NCBI GenBank assembly: GCA_002509325.1
Contig: DADO01000018.1
Span: 1 to 36,422 of the forward strand
Reading direction: 5' to 3'
DNA: 36,422 nucleotides
Source: Methanosarcina sp. UBA402
GTDB taxonomy: Archaea; Halobacteriota; Methanosarcinia; Methanosarcinales; Methanosarcinaceae
Both the position numbers and the translations under genes were made by a program. A model generated the notes under the pieces. That model had not been told where the DNA came from and did not search any database. It worked only from the letters and a program-made list of their open reading frames with translations. Of the stretch, positions 8,961 through 17,222 are shown in pieces. Position 1 is the first letter of the stretch. Every line of letters begins with the position of its first letter.

Positions 8961-10073
8961 ATGGGGCTTGAACCAGGAATTTTAATTGGATTTCTTATAA
9001 TCTTCCTTGCCGTACTGCTTGGCCCTTTTAAAATAAAAATTATTGAGGAAAATCTGGAAGTATTTCTGTTCTTATGCGGAATTGCGGCCATGACAATTGC
9101 AGGCTTTGTCGAACTCCCAGGATTAGAAACAGGCTGGAGAATGGAAATAATTGAAGAAGCATTTACTTCGCCTCTAAATATTGGAAAGATTTTCGGCATC
9201 CCAATTGGCATATTCCAGATAGTGCTCATTGTCGGGTTGATTATCTATAAATGGCATGAACCTATCCACAAAGCAATCAGGAAAATGACTGAAGCTCTTT
9301 CTCTTAAGGTTATGGCTTTTATTCTTATCGCTGTGCTTGGTCTATTTTCCAGTGTAATTTCCGCTATTCTTTCTGCAATAATTCTCGTTGAGATGGTTAA
9401 TGCATTGCCTCTCTCACGAAAATCCAAGATAGATCTCACGGTTATTGCATGTTTTTCAATAGGACTTGGCGCTGCACTTACCCCTCTTGGAGAACCTCTT
9501 TCAACAATTGCTATCTCAAAATTATCAGGTGCGCCTTATCATGCTACCTTCACTTTCTTACTCAGCATGCTTGGCAAATACATCCTTCCAGGCATCCTCG
9601 TATATGGTGTTATTGGAATGTTCTTCCTAGGGAAAGTTAATATAAACGAACCAGGGATGCAAGTTGAAGAATACAACGAAACTCTCAGGGATGTCGTTCT
9701 GAGGGCTGTTAAGGTCTATGTGTTTATTATGGCACTGGTATTTCTCGGAGATGGTTTTAAGCCTATCATATTCGAGTATTTTGCACAAATCCCTCCAACA
9801 ATCCTATTCTGGGTTAACATGGTCTCAGCTATTCTTGACAACGCCACTTTAGCAGCGGCTCAAATAGGACCTTCCCTTACCGAGCTCCAGATAAAGGGTA
9901 TACTTATGGGACTTTTAATTGCAGGTGGGATGCTAATTCCTGGAAATATCCCGAACATCATCTCTGCAGGCAAACTTGGTATAACCAGTAAAGAATGGGC
10001 AAGGCTTGGAGTGCCTCTTGGGCTTATCTCAATGGCTATCTATTTCATCATCATTTTTGTGATGAAAATCTAA
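8961..10073 (+). CDS. DUF1646 family membrane protein, copy 2 (most divergent)
   Basis: 370 aa with the same motifs; DNATLAAAQ instead of DNATLAAAE. Confidence 0.88.
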   Translation: MGLEPGILIGFLIIFLAVLLGPFKIKIIEENLEVFLFLCGIAAMTIAGFVELPGLETGWRMEIIEEAFTSPLNIGKIFGIPIGIFQIVLIVGLIIYKWHEPIHKAIRKMTEALSLKVMAFILIAVLGLFSSVISAILSAIILVEMVNALPLSRKSKIDLTVIACFSIGLGAALTPLGEPLSTIAISKLSGAPYHATFTFLLSMLGKYILPGILVYGVIGMFFLGKVNINEPGMQVEEYNETLRDVVLRAVKVYVFIMALVFLGDGFKPIIFEYFAQIPPTILFWVNMVSAILDNATLAAAQIGPSLTELQIKGILMGLLIAGGMLIPGNIPNIISAGKLGITSKEWARLGVPLGLISMAIYFIIIFVMKI

Positions 10074-10102
10074 ACTTAAAATTTGGCCTGATCTGATGTT
10101 GG

Positions 10103-10185
10103 TTCTGTTCCAGAATCAGGTGTTTTTCAGTTTTTGAATCTAAGGGTTTCCAGTTTCGTACTCACCACTGGATTTTGGAACAGGA
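10103..10185. terminator. Imperfect inverted repeat downstream of DUF1646 copy 2
   Basis: TTCTGTTCCAGAATCAGG ... CACTGGATTTTGGAACAGGA. Confidence 0.6.
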
Positions 10186-10779
10186 TTAATGGATCCAATT
10201 GAAGAAGAGTTGAAGAAGAATTAAAGAAACAATAATAGTTTAGTCTGTCGTGTCCTCTTCAAATCTCCAGGAAAATAAGTTTCACTGGTCTGCTAAATTC
10301 TCAAATTTAGCCAAGTTAAAAACATACTCAAGAGATTGTCTTGACTATCTTTTTTATTTTTAAGCGGTTTTTTATGTTTAATTACTTTTCAGATTTTTTT
10401 GCGGTAATTGACTCTTATACTCAATTACAAGACACTTTTTTCAGAGATTTTTGTGTGCAAGATCGACTTTCATACATATACAATTTTTCAGGTTAGCGTT
10501 GATGTAAGATATTATAAACTGTTTTGTTTCAGAAAATTTTGACCGAAAGTAATTTCTCTAAACAAAAAAATCCATTCTGGATAACCTTCAATGGTAAACA
10601 AGCAATTTCTCTTTGTAAAAAACATTAGTATTTAATTGAATATTGGGAATAATATATTATCGAAGAATAAAATGGAGTAATCTTTATAAGACTAAAACAT
10701 TCTAGGCTCTAACACTGTTTAACAGTAGTCTTTCAGGCTTTATAGTCTAGCATAGTATTAAAAAGGAGGAAAAAAAGTA

Positions 10780-11892
10780 ATGGCTCTTGAAGTAGGAGTT
10801 TTAATAGGATTTCTTGTAATATTCATAGCCGTGTTGCTCGGTCCTTTTAAAATAAAAATTATTGAGGAAAATCTGGAACCATTTCTGCTTGTGTGCGGAG
10901 TAGCAGCAATGACTCTTTCAGGTTTTGCCGTAATTCCAGGTGTCGAGACCGGCTGGAGAATGGAGATAATAGAAGAAGCAATAACCGCACCGCTGCATGT
11001 GGGAGAGATTTTCGGCATTCCAATCGGTATATTCCAGATCGTGCTTATTGTTGGATTGATTATTTATAAATGGCATACCCCAATCCACGGAGCAATCCGA
11101 AAATTAACTGATATACTTTCTGTTAAAATCTTAGGTTTTCTTCTTATTGTTCTTCTTGGTCTGTTTTCAAGTGTGATGTCGGCTATTCTTGCGGCAATTA
11201 TTCTCGTTGAGGTAGTTAATGCAATGCCTCTCTCACGAAAATCCAAGATAGATCTTACAATTGTCGCATGTTTCTCAATCGGGCTTGGTGCTGCGCTCAC
11301 TCCTCTCGGAGAACCTCTCTCAACAATTGCTATCTCAAAATTATCTGGCGAGCCTTATCATGCCGATTTTATGTTCCTGTTTAATATGCTGGGCAAATAT
11401 ATCATCCCAGGTGTCCTTGCTTATGGTATAATTGGAATGTTTTTCCTTGGAAAAGCTGGTCAAAAAGACCAGGGAATGGGAGCAGCAGAGTATAGCGAAA
11501 CAATGAAAGATGTCATCATGAGAGCTGTTAAGGTCTACGTGTTTATTGCAGCACTCGTGTTGCTTGGAGAAGGTTTCAAACCCATTATACTTGAATACTT
11601 TATCCATATTCCTTCTCCGGTACTTTACTGGGTTAACATGGTCTCGGCCATCCTGGATAACGCTACTCTGGCAGCTGCTGAAATAGGACCTGCTCTTGAC
11701 GAACTCCAGATAAGGAGTATACTTATGGGACTTTTAGTTGCAGGCGGAATGTTGATTCCTGGAAATATCCCGAACATCATCTCTGCAGGCAAACTTGGTA
11801 TAACCAGCAAAGAATGGGCAAGACTTGGAATACCTCTTGGGCTTATTTCAATGGCTATTTATTTCGTCATTATCTTTGTGCTTGGAATATAA
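10780..11892 (+). CDS. DUF1646 family membrane protein, copy 3
   Basis: 370 aa, near-identical to copy 1 over long stretches. RBS AGGAGG. Confidence 0.88.
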   Translation: MALEVGVLIGFLVIFIAVLLGPFKIKIIEENLEPFLLVCGVAAMTLSGFAVIPGVETGWRMEIIEEAITAPLHVGEIFGIPIGIFQIVLIVGLIIYKWHTPIHGAIRKLTDILSVKILGFLLIVLLGLFSSVMSAILAAIILVEVVNAMPLSRKSKIDLTIVACFSIGLGAALTPLGEPLSTIAISKLSGEPYHADFMFLFNMLGKYIIPGVLAYGIIGMFFLGKAGQKDQGMGAAEYSETMKDVIMRAVKVYVFIAALVLLGEGFKPIILEYFIHIPSPVLYWVNMVSAILDNATLAAAEIGPALDELQIRSILMGLLVAGGMLIPGNIPNIISAGKLGITSKEWARLGIPLGLISMAIYFVIIFVLGI

Positions 11893-11920
11893 GCTCAAAA
11901 TTTGCCCTCAATCTAAAGTA

Positions 11921-11982
11921 AATTGAGTTTCAATCCAGTGATGAATCAGGAATCAAAAATCACTGGATCTTGAAACCGAATT
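11921..11982. terminator. Imperfect inverted repeat downstream of DUF1646 copy 3
   Basis: AATTGAGTTTCAATCCAGTGAT ... ATCACTGGATCTTGAAACCGAATT. Confidence 0.6.
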
Positions 11983-12760
11983 GTGATAAATCATTTAAAT
12001 AATAAAAGTTGTAGAACTAATTACAGTTTTATTATATCTTATTCAAATTCGATAGAAAATGTGGCTTTCAGAAATTTCATCATATCTCTAAATTTACCAG
12101 GGTCTGAGAAATGCATTCAAAAGGGTTAATTCCTTAAATATCAGAACAAAACTACATCTTTCCCTCTAAAGTGAATTTTTCCATCGAATTTGAGTAGATC
12201 CTATTTATTCAGTTAAGTCACCCACTGGCATTTTTCATTCCGTCTTTTCAAGATTATAATTAGATATCCAACTCCCAAATTTATCTATCAAGTTTTTTCA
12301 TTCTCCACGTGCACCCTTAAGTCCACTATGCCTTTTTTACAATTCTTACCCGGATTTCTAATTATCTCATTTTTCAGTTTCCGCATAGTTCCGGAAAGGT
12401 AAGGCTGCGAAACTCCTAGCTGGACTGACAATGGGAATAAATTATCAGGTACCTGGCGATTTTTCTTCTTTATCCTTCAGGCTGACCAGGATAAAAGAGA
12501 TTGTTCGAATGTGACAAGTTTCAGAAAATGACTTTGTTAAGGATTTCGAGTGGAAAGTAAGCTTAAACTTTTTTTCAAAGAGGATGAAGTTAATTAGAAT
12601 ATAGACGGAATAAATATATTATTGGATAGTATAATATAGGATAATAAATAATAAAACAGGTAATCTGAATGCCCAGGCGTTCGAGACTTTGTAACGTTTA
12701 GTAGTAAATAAACTCCCCAGGCAGTTTATAAACCAGAATCTACCAGAGGAGGAAAAACTA

Positions 12761-13873
12761 ATGGCTCTTGACCTAGGAGTTTTAATTGGATTTCTTGTAA
12801 TATTTCTGGCCGTATTATTTGGGCCTTTTAAAATAAAAATTATTGAGGAAAATCTGGAAGTATTCCTGTTAATATGTGGAGTACTTGCAATGACCCTGTC
12901 AGGCTTTGCCCAAATTCCAGGCATAGAAACAGGTTGGAATTCGGAGATTATTCACGAAGCAATAACCGCACCACTGCATGTGGGAGACATAGCCGGAATC
13001 CCAATCGGTATATTTCAGATCGTGCTGATTGTCGGACTGATTATCTACAAATGGCATGCTCCGATCCACAAAGCAATCCGAAAATTAACCGACATACTTT
13101 CTGTTAAGATCTTAGGATTTCTTCTTATTGTTGTCCTTGGCTTATCATCCAGTGTTATGTCGGCTATCCTTGCAGCAATTATTCTCGTTGAAGTAGTCAA
13201 TGCAATGCCTCTTTCACGGAGGTCCAAAATCGACCTTACAATTATTGCATGTTTCTCAATCGGGCTTGGTGCAGCACTTACCCCTCTTGGAGAACCTCTT
13301 TCGACAATTGCTGTCTCAAAACTTTCAGGTGCACCTTACTATGCAGGCTTTGATTTCTTATTTAACATGCTTGGCATCTACATTTTCCCAGGTATCCTTG
13401 CATTTGGTATTATTGGAGTGCTTTTCCTTGGAAAGGCTGATACAGAAGCGCATGAAATGGAATCAGCAGATTATAACGAGACTATGAAAGATGTCATAAT
13501 GAGAGCTGTTAAAGTCTATGTATTTATTGCAGCACTTGTACTGCTTGGTGAAGGCTTCAAGCCAATCATACTTGAATACTTTATCAAGATCCCGTCTATG
13601 GCTCTCTACTGGATTAATATGGTTTCGGCTGTTCTTGACAACGCCACCTTAGCGGCTGCTGAGATCGGACCTGCGCTTAGCGATTTCCAGATAAAAAGCA
13701 TACTTATGGGGCTTCTAATATCTGGCGGAATGCTGATCCCTGGAAATATCCCGAATATTATCTCTGCGAGCAAACTGGGTATAACCAGCAAGGAATGGGC
13801 AAGGCTTGGAGTGCCTCTTGGGCTTGTCTCAATGGCTATCTATTTCGTCATTATCTTCTTCCTTGGAATTTAA
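12761..13873 (+). CDS. DUF1646 family membrane protein, copy 4
   Basis: 370 aa with the same motifs. RBS GAGGAGG. Confidence 0.88.
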   Translation: MALDLGVLIGFLVIFLAVLFGPFKIKIIEENLEVFLLICGVLAMTLSGFAQIPGIETGWNSEIIHEAITAPLHVGDIAGIPIGIFQIVLIVGLIIYKWHAPIHKAIRKLTDILSVKILGFLLIVVLGLSSSVMSAILAAIILVEVVNAMPLSRRSKIDLTIIACFSIGLGAALTPLGEPLSTIAVSKLSGAPYYAGFDFLFNMLGIYIFPGILAFGIIGVLFLGKADTEAHEMESADYNETMKDVIMRAVKVYVFIAALVLLGEGFKPIILEYFIKIPSMALYWINMVSAVLDNATLAAAEIGPALSDFQIKSILMGLLISGGMLIPGNIPNIISASKLGITSKEWARLGVPLGLVSMAIYFVIIFFLGI

Positions 13874-13898
13874 GCTCAAAGTCCCCCTCGCCTGACAT

Positions 13899-13959
13899 AG
13901 ATTCGTTCCAGAATCCAGTCAATATAAGATTAAATTCCCCTGATTCTGGAACAGAATCT
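13899..13959. terminator. Imperfect inverted repeat downstream of DUF1646 copy 4
   Basis: AGATTCGTTCCAGAATCCAG ... CTGATTCTGGAACAGAATCT. Confidence 0.6.
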
Positions 13960-14150
13960 TAATACATCCCATCAACTGAGCCAAGCCAAAACTCAAAATT
14001 CCCTTTCCCTATATTGGATTTTGAATAATGAATTGAGTTTCTAAGCGTAAAAATCGTTTTGAGACTTATGTACAGGCAACTTTGGAAGCCCTAAATGACT
14101 AAAAAAGGTAGATTTGGGATTGACTCATTAATAAAAACGTTTCTAATTTT

Positions 14151-14250
14151 TTAGATCTCTGAAGATTCCTTTAGATCTCAAAATATTCCTTTAGATCTCT
14201 GAAGATTCCTTTAGATTTCAAAATATTCCTTTAGATCTCAGATCATTCCT
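14151..14250. repeat. 20-bp tandem repeat x5 with alternating A/B units (40-bp higher-order period)
   Basis: TTAGATCTCTGAAGATTCCT alternates with TTAGATYTCAAAATATTCCT; the fifth unit is degenerate. Confidence 0.9.
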
Positions 14251-14427
14251 TAATTTTACTCTCTTCCTGTGATTTTCTATTTTGGATCCAGAATTACACC
14301 ATCAAGTAAACAAGTTTTTATTTATGTTCAGTTACTTCCTTCAATCAGGATTATAATTCTATTTAACAATATTCTATCTAATAACACTCTATTTGGGAAA
14401 TTTACTTATTCAGTCAGGAGGAAGACA

Positions 14428-15714
14428 ATGCGAAGGGATTATATAGACACGGGCTATAGCCCAAAGGATACCGATCTTATCTGTGAATTCCATATTGAAC
14501 CATCAACAGGAGTAAACTTTGAGGAGGCTGCAACCCATATGGCAGGGGAAAGCTCTATAGACTCCTGGACTGAAATTGTCACATTAAGCCCTGAACTTGC
14601 AGCCAAACTGAAGCCCCATGTTTTTTACGTGAATGAAGAAGCACAGACTGTAAGGGTGGCTTATTCGGAAGAGCTTTTTGAGCTGGGTTCGGTCCCGCAG
14701 GTCCTCAGCGCTGTTGCAGGAAATATCCTGAGTATGAAAGTCGTTGACAACCTGAGACTGCAGGATATTGCTTTCCCGAAGCCAATGCTCCGTGAGTTCA
14801 GAGGTCCCAAATTTGGGTTGCCAGGAGTTAGGGAACTTACAGGGGTGCAGGACAGGCCTCTCATAGGAACTATTGTCAAGCCTAAAGTTGGATTAACTTC
14901 CGAAAAGCATGCTGAAGTGGCTTATAATTCCTTTGCAGGCGGTTGCGACCTTGTCAAGGATGATGAGAACCTTACAGACCAGAAATTTAATAGCTTTGAA
15001 AAAAGAGCTAAATTCACTCTTAAGCTCGCAGAAAAGGCAGAATCTGAAACAGGGGAGCGCAAAATGTATCTCTGCAACATTACTGCCCCGACCTGTAAGG
15101 AAATGATTCGCCGCATGAATATTCTTAAAGACCTGGGGGCAAGCTATGCAATGGTTGACGTTGTGCCTGCAGGCTGGACTGCGCTTCAAACCCTGAGGGA
15201 AGAATCCGAAGACATAGGCCTGGCGCTTCATGCCCACCGCTGCATGCATTCAGCCTATACCCGTAACCCACGCCACGGGATAAGCATGCTTGTTGTTGCT
15301 AAGCTCTGCAGGCTCATTGGACTTGACCAGCTTCACATAGGTACGGTTGTCGGGAAGATGCATGGGGAAAAGCATGAGGTTCTTGCTCTTAGGGACGAAT
15401 GTGTGCTTGACAAGGTACCTGCAGATGAAAGCCAGCACGTTCTTGCCCAGGACTGGGGAGGGTTGACCCCCATGTTTCCGGTGGCATCTGGAGGACTTGC
15501 TCCGACTATGATTCCTGACCTGTATGCTATCTTCGGAAAAGATGTTATTATGCAGTTCGGCGGCGGAATTCACGCGCACCCTATGGGCACAGCAGCCGGA
15601 GCCACTGCCTGCAGGCAGGCACTTGATGCGGCCTTTGAGGGAGTTAGCCTGCAGGAATATGCAAAAAACCACAAAGAACTTGATGTTGCTATCGAGAAGT
15701 GGCTGAAAAAGTAA
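14428..15714 (+). CDS. rbcL: Ribulose-1,5-bisphosphate carboxylase, archaeal form III
   Basis: GTIVKPKVGL, carbamylation motif DLVKDDEN, HAHRCMH, HIGTVVGK, ASGG, FGGG. ATG 14428 after AGGAGG gives 428 aa; the upstream GTG extension looks non-coding. Confidence 0.95.
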   Translation: MRRDYIDTGYSPKDTDLICEFHIEPSTGVNFEEAATHMAGESSIDSWTEIVTLSPELAAKLKPHVFYVNEEAQTVRVAYSEELFELGSVPQVLSAVAGNILSMKVVDNLRLQDIAFPKPMLREFRGPKFGLPGVRELTGVQDRPLIGTIVKPKVGLTSEKHAEVAYNSFAGGCDLVKDDENLTDQKFNSFEKRAKFTLKLAEKAESETGERKMYLCNITAPTCKEMIRRMNILKDLGASYAMVDVVPAGWTALQTLREESEDIGLALHAHRCMHSAYTRNPRHGISMLVVAKLCRLIGLDQLHIGTVVGKMHGEKHEVLALRDECVLDKVPADESQHVLAQDWGGLTPMFPVASGGLAPTMIPDLYAIFGKDVIMQFGGGIHAHPMGTAAGATACRQALDAAFEGVSLQEYAKNHKELDVAIEKWLKK

Positions 15715-15740
15715 GCCGGAAAAGGATAATAGGAATAATA

Positions 15741-16865
15741 ATGGAAAGGTGTTTACCTCTGGTGCAGGCAGAAAACGGAAATAGAGTAAAGACCCTGGTT
15801 TTCCGGATTTCCGAAAAAAATTTTGATTCCATCCTTGACAGGGCTGCAGCGATTATCAAGAATGGCGGGACTGTGGCTTTCCCCACGGAAACAGTCTACG
15901 GGCTTGGAACTGACGGCCTTAATCCCGATGCAGTCTTGAAGGTTTTCGAGGCAAAAAAACGCCCTGTAGGAAATCCCCTTAGCTTGCTTGTTCATTCAAG
16001 GGAAGATGTTGAGAAAGTGGCAAGAAACATTCCGGAGAATGCTTTCAGGCTTATGGATGCTTTCTGGCCAGGCCCTCTTACGATTATCCTTGCGAAAAAT
16101 GATATCGTTCCCGCCATTACCTCAGGAAACCTGCCATCAATAGGAATCCGTATGCCTGATCATAAAATCCCTCTGGAACTTATAAAGAGGGCAGGCACCC
16201 CTCTTGCTGCTCCCAGTGCCAACCTGTCAGGAAAGCCCAGTCCCAGTCTTGCAGCTCATGTTATATCAGATCTTACTGGCAGGATTGATGCAATTCTTGA
16301 TGCTGGGGAGGCTTCAATAGGCCTTGAGTCAACTGTAATTGATATGACTGTCAAGCCGCCTGTTGTACTCAGGCCTGGAGCCATTAGTATTGATGAGCTT
16401 GAAAGCGTTATAGGAAAGGTCAGGTCAGGATACAAAAACGGTGAAGCAGGAGACAAATTGGATCTGCTGGAAAAGAAGGCAGGTCAAAAATACGGGCACT
16501 ATACTCCTGATACAAAGGTCGTGCTTGTCGAAGGGGGAGGTAAACAGGTTTCGGAAAAGCTTGTTAAACTGCTTGAAAGTTACAGGAGCAAAGGGCAAAA
16601 AATCGGGTTTCTTCTTAGTGAGGAAACCCATGAGGAAATTTCAGTTCTCCTTGCTTTGAAAAATCTAGGTCCAGATGAGTGCTTTTTACTGGGGTCCAGG
16701 AATGATCCAGAAGTAGCTGCAAGAAAACTCTTTGAAGGGCTCAGAATGCTTGACAGTAAGGCACTGGATGTAATCGTGGCTGATGGATCTTTCAGCCATT
16801 CAGGACTTGGGGAAGCGCTCATTAACCGACTGAGGGAAGCATCTTCCGTGAAACTTTTTGTTTGA
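15741..16865 (+). CDS. sua5: L-threonylcarbamoyladenylate synthase Sua5 (YrdC plus SUA5 domains)
   Basis: VAFPTETVYGLG, AKKRPVGNPL, FWPGPLT, APSANLSGKPSP, ESTV, KYGHYTP. Start site uncertain. Confidence 0.92.
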   Translation: MERCLPLVQAENGNRVKTLVFRISEKNFDSILDRAAAIIKNGGTVAFPTETVYGLGTDGLNPDAVLKVFEAKKRPVGNPLSLLVHSREDVEKVARNIPENAFRLMDAFWPGPLTIILAKNDIVPAITSGNLPSIGIRMPDHKIPLELIKRAGTPLAAPSANLSGKPSPSLAAHVISDLTGRIDAILDAGEASIGLESTVIDMTVKPPVVLRPGAISIDELESVIGKVRSGYKNGEAGDKLDLLEKKAGQKYGHYTPDTKVVLVEGGGKQVSEKLVKLLESYRSKGQKIGFLLSEETHEEISVLLALKNLGPDECFLLGSRNDPEVAARKLFEGLRMLDSKALDVIVADGSFSHSGLGEALINRLREASSVKLFV

Positions 16866-16952
16866 GCTCAGTTGTAATAAAGAGTTATAGTTGCAACGCA
16901 GAGTTATGAGTTATAATACAGGATTGAAGATTCAGTTTAATGTTTGAGAGAG

Positions 16953-17186
16953 ATGGGTTTGAAAGCAGAAAAAAAGAAAAATCTGGCAAAAATGCAGGCT
17001 TATAAAAAGGTCGTAAGTCAGAACAAAAGAATAAACAAGATTAACCTTGTAGTGCTGGCTGCTGGCTTGCTTTTAACGGTTCTGGGCATGGAAAAGGCAG
17101 GCAGCTATCTTCTCTGGACAGGTATGTTTGTTCTTCTTATAACCGCAATTTCAGGTATCCTGGCATCAGGGTCTCTTCGCAGGTAG
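16953..17186 (+). CDS. Small hypothetical membrane protein (basic N-terminus, two TM helices)
   Basis: Lys-rich N-terminus then two hydrophobic segments; fits the gap between sua5 and polC. Confidence 0.7.
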   Translation: MGLKAEKKKNLAKMQAYKKVVSQNKRINKINLVVLAAGLLLTVLGMEKAGSYLLWTGMFVLLITAISGILASGSLRR

Positions 17187-17222
17187 AAATAATGCCGATT
17201 TCTTTTTTAAAGGAGTTTTCAA

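Noticed and set aside
8595-8961. Short ORFs in DUF1646 spacers (also 6632-6841 and 12619-12924)
   Set aside because: AT-rich promoter DNA; the frames are not conserved between homologous spacers.
12376-12460. c-di-AMP riboswitch or SRP-like RNA suggested by CCGGAAAGGTAAGG
   Set aside because: The remaining conserved elements of those families are not visible; kept only as an unassigned structured region.
14151-14250. CRISPR-like array (also considered for 32358-32425 and 4156-4239)
   Set aside because: Units abut with no unique spacers, and there are no cas genes.
14269-14427. N-terminal extension of RbcL in the ORF track
   Set aside because: AT-rich and non-homologous; a strong RBS precedes ATG 14428.
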